The position numbers were made by a program, and so were the translations under genes. DNA of 64,000 bases from Paragordius varius (lineage: Eukaryota > Animalia > Nematomorpha). Shown in pieces: positions 1 through 10,063 of the stretch. The DNA is taken from positions 496,001 to 560,000 of the forward strand of contig OZ176050.1 in the NCBI GenBank assembly GCA_964247055.1. Reading direction: 5' to 3'. Under the pieces are notes generated by a model. The model did no database searches and had not been told where the DNA came from. It saw only the letters and a list, made by a program, of their open reading frames with translations. Position 1 is the first letter of the stretch. Every line of letters begins with the position of its first letter.

Positions 1-3000
1 CCTAAAATCCAAAAATGATCAGGTGATGTCGCCATAATTTTTTTTGGGTAGCCCTATGGTAGTTCTATCATCACCCCGAATACTTTGGGGATCGGACTAT
101 AAATGTAATTTTTATGAATTTTTTAAATATTTAAAAAATTTATTTTATACGATTTTAAAAATAAAAATGGCTACTTAAATCCAAATTTGATCAGGTGATG
201 TCGCCATAATTTTTTTTGGGTAGCCCTATGGTAGTTCCATCATAACCCCAAATATTTTTGAGATCGGACTTTAAATGTAATTTTTATGAATTTTTTAAAT
301 ATTTAAAAAATTTATTTTATACGATTTTAAAAATAAAAATGGCTACCTAAAATCCAAATTTGATCAGGTGATGTCGCCATAATTTTTTTTGGGTAGCCCT
401 ATAGTAGTTCCATCATCACCCCAAATATTTTTGAGATCGGAGTATAAATGTAATTTTTATGAATTTTTTAAATATTTAAAAAATTTATTTTATACGATTT
501 TAAAAATAAAAATGGCTACCTAAAATCCAAATTTGATCAGGTGATGTCGCCATAATTTTTTTTGGGTAGTCCTATGGTAGTTCCATCATCACCCCAAATA
601 TTTTGGGGATCGGACTATAAATGTAATTTTTATGAATTTTTTAAATATTTAAAAAATTTATTTTATACGATTTAAAAATAAAAATGGCTACCTAAAATCC
701 AAATTTGATCAGGTGATGTCGCCATAATTTTTTTTGGGTAGCCCTATGGTAGTTCCATCATCACCCCAAATATTTTCGAGATCGGAGTATAAATGTAATT
801 TTTATGAATTTTTTAAATATTTAAAAAATTTATTTTATACGATTTTAAAAATAAAAATGGCTAAAAATCCAAATTTGATCAGGTGATGTCACCATAATTT
901 TTTTTGGGTAGCCCTATGGTAGTTCCATCATCACCCCAAATATTTTCGAGATCGGAGTATAAATGTAATTTTTATGAATTTTTTAAATATTTAAAAAATT
1001 TATTTTTTACGATTTTAAAAATAAAAATGGCTACCTAATATCCAAATTTGATCAGGTGATGTCCCCATAATTTTTTTTGGGTAGCCCTATGGTAGTTCCA
1101 TCATCACCCTAAATATTGTCGAGATCGGAGTATAAATGTAATTTTTTTGAATTTTTTAAATATTTAAAAAATTTATTTTATACGATTTTAAAAATAAAAA
1201 TGGCTACCTAAAATCCAAATTTGATCAGTTGATGTCGCCATAATTTTTTTTGGGTAGCCCTATGGTAGTTCCATCATCACCCCTAATATTTTGGGGATCG
1301 GACTATAAATGTAATTTTTATGAATTTTTTAAATATTTAAAAAATTTATTTTATACGATTTTAAAAATAAAAATGGCTACCTAAAATCCAAAAATGATCA
1401 GGTGATGTCGCCATAATTTTTTTTGGGTAGCCCTATGGTAGTTCTATCATCACCCCGAATACTTTGGGGATCGGACTATAAATGTAATTTTTATGAATTT
1501 TTTAAATATTTAAAAAATTTATTTTATACGATTTTAAAAATAAAAATGGCTACTTAAATCCAAATTTGATCAGGTGATGTCGCCATAATTTTTTTTGGGT
1601 AGCCCTATGGTAGTTCCATCATAACCCCAAATATTTTTGAGATCGGACTTTAAATGTAATTTTTATGAATTTTTTAAATATTTAAAAAATTTATTTTATA
1701 CGATTTTAAAAATAAAAATGGCTACCTAAAATCCAAATTTGATCAGGTGATGTCGCCATAATTTTTTTTGGGTAGCCCTATAGTAGTTCCATCATCACCC
1801 CAAATATTTTTGAGATCGGAGTATAAATGTAATTTTTATGAATTTTTTAAATATTTAAAAAATTTATTTTATACGATTTTAAAAATAAAAATGGCTACCT
1901 AAAATCCAAATTTGATCAGGTGATGTCGCCATAATTTTTTTTGGGTAGTCCTATGGTAGTTCCATCATCACCCCAAATATTTTGGGGATCGGACTATAAA
2001 TGTAATTTTTATGAATTTTTTAAATATTTAAAAAATTTATTTTATACGATTTTAAAAATAAAAATGGCTACCTAAAATCCAAATTTGATCAGGTGATGTC
2101 GCCATAATTTTTTTTGGGTAGCCCTATGGTAGTTCCATCATCACCCCAAATATTTTCGAGATCGGAGTATAAATGTAATTTTTATGAATTTTTTAAATAT
2201 TTAAAAAATTTATTTTATACGATTTTAAAAATAAAAATGGCTAAAAATCCAAATTTGATCAGGTGATGTCACCATAATTTTTTTTGGGTAGCCCTATGGT
2301 AGTTCTATCATCACCCCAAATATTTTCGAGATCGGAGTATAAATGTAATTTTTATGAATTTTTTAAATATTTAAAAAATTTATTTTATACGATTTTAAAA
2401 ATAAAAATGGCTACCTAAAATCCAAATTTGATCAGGTGATGTCGCCATAATTTTTTTTGGGTAGTCCTATGGTAGTTCCATCATCACCCCAAATATTTTG
2501 GGGATCGGACTATAAATGTAATTTTTATGAATTTTTTAAATATTTAAAAAATTTATTTTATACGATTTTAAAAATAAAAATGGCTACCTAAAATCCAAAT
2601 TTGATCAGGTGATGTCGCCATAATTTTTTTTGGGTAGCCCTATGGTAGTTCCATCATCACCCCAAATATTTTCGAGATCGGAGTATAAATGTAATTTTTA
2701 TGAATTTTTTAAATATTTAAAAAATTTATTTTATACGATTTTAAAAATAAAAATGGCTAAAAATCCAAATTTGATCAGGTGATGTCACCATAATTTTTTT
2801 TGGGTAGCCCTATGGTAGTTCCATCATCACCCCAAATATTTTCGAGATCGGAGTATAAATGTAATTTTTATGAATTTTTTAAATATTTAAAAAATTTATT
2901 TTTTACGATTTTAAAAATAAAAATGGCTACCTAATATCCAAATTTGATCAGGTGATGTCCCCATAATTTTTTTTGGGTAGCCCTATGGTAGTTCCATCAT

Positions 3001-4482
3001 CACCCTAAATATTGTCGAGATCGGAGTATAAATGTAATTTTTTTGAATTTTTTAAATATTTAAAAAATTTATTTTATACGATTTTAAAAATAAAAATGGC
3101 TACCTAAAATCCAAATTTGATCAGTTGATGTCGCCATAATTTTTTTTGGGTAGCCCTATGGTAGTTCCATCATCACCCCTAATATTTTGGGGATCGGACT
3201 ATAAATGTAATTTTTATGAATTTTTTAAATATTTAAAAAATTTATTTTATACGATTTTAAAAATAAAAATGGCTACCTAAAATCCAAAAATGATCAGGTG
3301 ATGTCGCCATAATTTTTTTTGGGTAGCCCTATGGTAGTTCTATCATCACCCCGAATACTTTGGGGATCGGACTATAAATGTAATTTTTATGAATTTTTTA
3401 AATATTTAAAAAATTTATTTTATACGATTTTAAAAATAAAAATGGCTACTTAAATCCAAATTTGATCAGGTGATGTCGCCATAATTTTTTTTGGGTAGCC
3501 CTATGGTAGTTCCATCATAACCCCAAATATTTTTGAGATCGGACTTTAAATGTAATTTTTATGAATTTTTTAAATATTTAAAAAATTTATTTTATACGAT
3601 TTTAAAAATAAAAATGGCTACCTAAAATCCAAATTTGATCAGGTGATGTCGCCATAATTTTTTTTGGGTAGCCCTATAGTAGTTCCATCATCACCCCAAA
3701 TATTTTTGAGATCGGAGTATAAATGTAATTTTTATGAATTTTTTAAATATTTAAAAAATTTATTTTATACGATTTTAAAAATAAAAATGGCTACCTAAAA
3801 TCCAAATTTGATCAGGTGATGTCGCCATAATTTTTTTTGGGTAGTCCTATGGTAGTTCCATCATCACCCCAAATATTTTGGGGATCGGACTATAAATGTA
3901 ATTTTTATGAATTTTTTAAATATTTAAAAAATTTATTTTATACGATTTTAAAAATAAAAATGGCTACCTAAAATCCAAATTTGATCAGGTGATGTCGCCA
4001 TAATTTTTTTTGGGTAGCCCTATGGTAGTTCCATCATCACCCCAAATATTTTCGAGATCGGAGTATAAATGTAATTTTTATGAATTTTTTAAATATTTAA
4101 AAAATTTATTTTATACGATTTTAAAAATAAAAATGGCTAAAAATCCAAATTTGATCAGGTGATGTCACCATAATTTTTTTTGGGTAGCCCTATGGTAGTT
4201 CTATCATCACCCCAAATATTTTCGAGATCGGAGTATAAATGTAATTTTTATGAATTTTTTAAATATTTAAAAAATTTATTTTTTACGATTTTAAAAATAA
4301 AAATGGCTACCTAAAATCCAAATTTGATCAGGTGATGTCCCCATAATTTTTTTTGGGTAGCCCTATGGTAGTTCCATCATCACCCCAAATATTGTCGAGA
4401 TCGGAGTATAAATGTAATTTTTTTGAATTTTTTAAATATTTAAAAAATTTATTTTATACGATTTTAAAAATAAAAATGGCTA
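1..4482 (+). repeat. Higher-order repeat domain 1: 8-mer (1379 bp), 11-mer (1896 bp), then a partial third copy
   Basis: The marker monomer ccaaaaatgatc...ttctatc...cccgaatactttgggg starts at 1, 1380 and 3276. The ordered markers cttaaatcc, ctatagtag, tagtcct, ggctaaaaatcc, cctaatatcc/gtcccc and cagttgatg recur. The second copy has an extra internal trimer. Confidence 0.9.
117..140. other. Perfect 24-bp all-AT palindrome AATTTTTTAAATATTTAAAAAATT at monomer positions 117-140 (first copy given; present in most monomers)
   Basis: The sequence equals its own reverse complement. It is centred on AATATT and is flanked by a G.T pair plus two further Watson-Crick pairs. Another copy lies at 9097-9120. 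Confidence 0.95.
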
Positions 4483-5347
4483 CCTAAAATCCAAATTTGA
4501 TCAGGTGATGTCGCCATAATTTTTTTTGGGTAGCCCTATAGTAGTTCCATCATAACCCCAAATATTTTTGAGATCGGACTTTAAATGTAATTTTTATGAA
4601 TTTTTTAAATATTTAAAAAATTTATTTTATACGATTTTAAAAATAAAAATGGCTACCTAAAATCCAAATTTGATCAGGTGATGTCGCCATAATTTATTTT
4701 GGGTAGCCCTATGGTAGTTCCATCATCACCCCAAATATTTTCGAGATCGGAGTATAAATGTAATTTTTTTGAATTTTTTAAATATTTAAAAAATTTATTT
4801 TATACGATTTTAAAAATAAAAATGGCTACCTAAAATCCAAATTTGATCAGGTTTTGTCGCCATAATTTTTTTTGGGTAGCCCTATAGTAGTTCCATCATA
4901 ACCCCAAATATTTTTGAGATCGGACTTTAAATGTAATTTTTATGAATTTTTTAAATATTTAAAAAATTTATTTTATACGATTTTAAAAATAAAAATGGCT
5001 ACCTAAAATCCAAATTTGATCAGGTGATGTCGCCATAATTTATTTTGGGTAGCCCTATGGTAGTTCCATCATCACCCCAAATATTTTCGAGATCGGAGTA
5101 TAAATGTAATATTTTTGAATTTTTTAAATATTTAAAAAATTTATTTTATACGATTTTAAAAATAAAAATGGCTACCTAAAATCCAAATTTGATCAGGTTT
5201 TGTCGCCATAATTTTTTTTGGGTAGCCCTATAGTAGTTCCATCATAACCCCAAATATTTTTGAGATCGGAGTATAAATGTAATTTTTATGAATTTTTTAA
5301 ATATTTAAAAAATTTATTTTATACGATTTTAAAAATAAAAATGGCTA
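4483..5347 (+). repeat. Short dimeric (346-bp) higher-order run
   Basis: Monomers with ctatagtag+cataacccc (4483, 4829, 5175; the last two also caggttttgtc) alternate with monomers carrying aatttattttggg (4656, 5002). Confidence 0.8.
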
Positions 5348-8300
5348 CCTAAAATCCAAATTTGATCAGGTGATGTCGCCATAATTTTTTTGGGGTAGCC
5401 CTATGGTAGTTCCATCATCACCCCAAATATTTTGGAGATCGGACTATAAATGTAATTTTTATGAATTTTTTAAATATTTAAAAAATTTATTTTATACGAT
5501 TTTAAAAATAAAAATGGCTACCTAAAATCTAAATTTGATCAGGTGATGTCACCATAATTTTTTTTGGGTAGCCCTATGGTAGTTCCATCATCACCCGAAA
5601 TATTTTCGAGATCGGACTATAAATGTAATTTTTATGAATTTTTTAAATATTTAAAAAATTTATTTTATACGATTTTAAAAATAAAAATGGCTACTTAAAA
5701 TCCAAATTTGATCAGGTGATGTCGCCATAATTTTTTTTGGGTAGCCCTATGGTAGTTCCATCATCACCCCAAATACTTTGGGGATCGGACTATAAATGTA
5801 ATTTTTATGAATTTTTCAAATATTTAAAAAATTTATTTTATACGATTTTAAAAATAAAAATGGCTACCTAAAATCCAAATTTGATCAGGTGATGTCGCCA
5901 TAATTTTTTTTGGGTAGCCCTATAGTAGTTCCATCATCACCCCAAATATTTTCGAGATCGGAGTATAAATGTAATTTTTATGAATTTTTTAAATATTTAA
6001 AAAATTTATTTTATACGATTTTAAAAATAAAAATGGCTCCCTAAAATCCAAATTTGATCAGGTGATGTCGCCATAAATTTTTTTTGGGTAGCCCTATGGT
6101 AGTTCCATCATCACCCCAAATATTTTCGAGATCGGAGTATTAATGTAATTTTTATGAATTTATTAAATATTTAAAAAATTTATTTTATACGATTTTAAAA
6201 ATAAAAATGGCTACCTAAAATCCAAATTTGATCAGGTGATGTCACCATAATTTTTTTTGGGTAGCCCTATGGTAGTTCCATCATCACCCCAAATATTTTC
6301 GAGATCGGAGTATAAATGTAATTTTTATGAATTTTTTAAATATTTAAAAAATTTATTTTATACGATTTTAAAAATAAAAATGGCTACCTAAAATCCAAAT
6401 TTGATCAGGTGATGTCACTATAATTTTTTTGGGTAGCCCTATGGTAGTTCCATCATCACCTCAAATATTTTGGGGATCGGACTATAAATGTAATTTTTAT
6501 GAATTTTTTAAATATTAAAAAAATTTATTTTATACGATTTTAAAAATAAAAATGGCTACCTAAAATCCAAATTTGATCAGGTGATGTCACCATAATTTTT
6601 TTTGGGTAGCCTTATGGTAGTTCCATCATCACCCCAAATATTTTCGAGATCGGAGTATAAATGTAATTTTTATGAATTTTTTAAATATTTAAAAAATTTA
6701 TTTTATACGATTTTAAAAATAAAAATGGCTCCCTAAAATCCAAATTTGATCAGGTGATGTCGCCATAAATTTTTTTTGGGTAGCCCTATGGTAGTTCCAT
6801 CATCACCCCAAATATTTTCGAGATCGGAGTATTAATGTAATTTTTATGAATTTATTAAATATTTAAAAAATTTATTTTATACGATTTTAAAAATAAAAAT
6901 GGCTACCTAAAATCCAAATTTGATCAGGTGATGTCACCATAATTTTTTTTGGGTAGCCCTATGGTAGTTCCATCATCACCCCAAATATTTTGGGGATCGG
7001 AGTTAAAATGTAATTTTTTTGAATTTTTTAAATATTTAAAAAATTTATTTTATACGATTTTAAAAATAAAAATGGCTACCTAAAATCCAAATTTGATCAG
7101 GTGATGTCGCCATAATTTTTTTTGAGTAGCTCTATGGTAGTTCCATCATCACCCCGAATACTTTGGGGATCGGACTATAAATGTAATTTTTATGAATTTT
7201 TTAAATATTTAAAAAATTTATTTTATACGATTTTAAAAATAAAAATGGCTACCTAAAATCCAAATTTGATCAGGTGATGTCGCCATAATTTTTTTTGGGT
7301 AGCCCTATGGTAGTTCCATCATCACCCCGAATACTTTGGGGATCGGACTATAAATGTAATTTTTATGAATTTTTTAAATATTTAAAAAATTTATTTTATA
7401 CGATATTAAAAATAAAAATGGCTACCTAAAATCCAAATTTGATCCGGTGATGTCACCATAATTTTTTTTGGGTAGCCCTATGGTAGTTCCATCATCACCC
7501 CGAATACTTTGGGGATCGGAGTTAAAATGTAATTTTTTTGAATTTTTTAAATATTTAAAAAATTTATTTTTAACGATTTTAAAAATAAAAATGGCTACCT
7601 AAAATCCAAATTTGATCAGGTGATGTCGCCATAATTTTTTTTGGGTAGCCCTATGGTAGTTCCATCATCACCCCGAATACTTTGGGGATCGGACTATAAA
7701 TGTAATTTTTATGAATTTTTTAAATATTTAAAAAATTTATTTTATACGATATTAAAAATAAAAATGGCTACCTAAAATCCAAATTTGATCAGGTGATGTC
7801 ACCATAATTTTTTTTGGGTAGCGCTATGGTAGTTCCATCATCACCCCAAATATTTTGGGGATCGGACTATAAATGTAATTTTTATGAATTTTTTAAATAT
7901 TTAAAAAATTTATTTTATACGATTTTAAAAATAAAAATGGCTACCTAAAATCCAAATTTGATCAGGTGATGTCACTATAATTTTTTTGGGTAGCCCTATG
8001 GTAGTTCCATCATCACCTCAAATATTTTGGGGATCGGACTATAAATGTAATTTTTATGAATTTTTTAAATATTAAAAAAATTTATTTTATACGATTTTAA
8101 AAATAAAAATGGCTACCTAAAATCCAAATTTGATCAGGTGATGTCACCATAATTTTTTTTGGGTAGCCTTATGGTAGTTCCATCATCACCCCAAATATTT
8201 TTGAGATCGGAGTATAAATGTAATTTTTATGAATTTTTTAAATATTTAAAAAATTTATTTTATACGATTTTAAAAATAAAAATGGCTACCTAAAATCCAA

Positions 8301-10063
8301 ATTTGATCAGGTGATGTCGCCATAATTTTTTTTGGGTAGCCCTAGAGTAGTTCCATCATCACCCCAAATATTTTTGAGATCGGAGTATAAATGTAATTTT
8401 TATGAATTTTTTAAATATTTAAAAAATTTATTTTATACGATTTTAAAAATAAAAATGGCTACCTAAAATCCAAATTTGATCAGGTGATGTCACTATAATT
8501 TTTTTTGGGTAGCCCTATGGTAGTTCCATCATCACCCCAAATATTGTCGAGATCGGAGTATAAATGTAATTTTTATGAATTTTTTAAATATTTAAAAAAT
8601 TTATTTTATACGATTTTAAAAATAAAAATGGCTACCTAAAATCCAAATTTGATCAGGTGATGTCGCCATAATTTTTTTTGGGTAGCCCTATGGTAGTTCC
8701 ATCATCACCCCAAATATTGTCGAGATCGGAGTATAAATGTAATTTTTATGAATTTTTTAAATATTTAAAAAATTAATTTTATACGATTTTAAAAATAAAA
8801 ATGGCTACCTAAAATCCAAATTTGATCAGGTGATGTCACCATAATTTTTTTTGGGTAGCCCTATGGTAGTTCCATCATCACCCCAAATATATTCGAGATC
8901 GGAGTATAAATGTAATTTTTATGAATTTTTTAAATATTTAAAAAATTTATTTTATACGATTTTAAAAATAAAAATGGCTACCTAAAATCCAAATTTGATC
9001 AGGTGATGTCACCATAATTTTTTTTGGGTAGCCCTATGGTAGTTCCATCATCACCCCAAATATTTTCGAGATCGGAGTATAAATGTAATTTTTATGAATT
9101 TTTTAAATATTTAAAAAATTTATTTTATACGATTTTAAAAATAAAAATGGCTACCTAAAATCCAAATTTGATCAGGTGATGTCGCCACAATTTTTTTTGG
9201 GTAGCCCTATGGTAGTTCCATCATCACCCCAAATATTTTCGAGATCGGAGTATAAATGTAATTTTTATTAATTTTTTAAATATTTAAAAAATTTATTTTA
9301 TACGATTTTAAAAATAAAAATGGCTACCTAAAATCCAAATTTGATCAGGTGATGTCACCATAATTTTTTTTGGGTAGCCTATGGTAGTTCCATCATCACC
9401 CCAAATATTTTCGAGATCGGAGTATAAATGTAATTTTTATGAATTTTTTAAATATTTAAAAAATTTATTTTATACGATTTTAAAAATAAAAATGGCTACC
9501 TAAAATCCAAATTTGATCAGGTGATGTCACTATAATTTTTTTTGGGTAGCCCTATGGTAGTTCCATCATCACCCCAAATATTTTCGAGATCGGAGTATAA
9601 ATGTAATTTTTATGAATTTTTTAAATATTTAAAAAATTAATTTTATACGATTTTAAAATAAAAATGGCTACCTAAAATCCAAATTTGATCAGGTGATGTC
9701 ACCATAATTTTTTTTGGGTAGCCCTATGGTAGTTCCATCATCACCCCAAATATTTTCGAGATCGGAGTATAAATGTAATTTTTATGAATTTTTTAAATAT
9801 TTAAAAAATTTATTTTATACGATTTTAAAAATAAAAATGGCTACCTAAAATCCAAATTTGATCAGGTGATGTCGCCATAATTTTTTTTGGGTAGCCCTAT
9901 GGTAGTTCCATCATCACCCCAAATATTGTCGAGATCGGAGTATAAATGTAATTTTTATGAATTTTTTAAATATTTAAAAAATTTATTATATACGATTTTA
10001 AAAATAAAAATGGCTACCTAAAATCCAAATTTGATCAGGTGATGTCACCATAATTTTTTTTGG
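5348..10063 (+). repeat. Mosaic, weakly ordered monomer domain with private variants
   Basis: Rare markers recur at irregular distances: ggctccc at 6039 and 6731 (692 bp apart), and cacta/cacctc at 6420 and 7977 (1557 bp apart). Four consecutive gaatact monomers lie at about 7080-7770. No sustained period. Confidence 0.75.
8981..9153 (+). repeat. Representative modal 173-bp monomer
   Basis: Starts at cctaaaatcc (8981); the next unit starts at 9154. Carries the common states acc (position 31), ttttcgag (83-90) and gagta (95-99). Confidence 0.97.

Noticed and set aside
9-95. Possible ancestral sub-repeat (ccaaatttgatcagg versus ccaaatattttggggatcgg; aaatattt occurs twice 47 bp apart)
   Set aside because: The similarity is limited to short AT-rich words plus GATC and is not distinguishable from chance without a self-alignment significance test.
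96-105. TATA-like (TATAAAT) and AATAAA motifs in each monomer as promoter or polyadenylation signals
   Set aside because: These are expected by chance in about 73% AT DNA, and there is no associated gene.
1-173. CENP-B box or assignment to alpha satellite or another named family based on size
   Set aside because: No match to the 17-bp CENP-B box core pattern was seen, and the sequence does not resemble alpha satellite; a similar length alone is not evidence.
9036-9158. 40-codon ORF in modal monomers, + strand: MVVPSSPQIFSRSEYKCNFYEFFKYLKNLFYTILKIKMAT*
   Set aside because: It is short, low-complexity and plausible by chance. Common variants destroy it (cataacccc gives TAA, tttaggg gives TAG, ctatagtag and the 6-bp deletion remove the ATG, and the 19-bp deletion frameshifts), so there is no sign of coding constraint. 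Ribo-seq or proteomics evidence would be needed to revive it.
9499-9671. Compensatory covariation in the ACCATA/TATGGT stem (variants actata and tatagt are complementary)
   Set aside because: The two variants occur in different monomers rather than together, so they do not support a conserved RNA or DNA stem.
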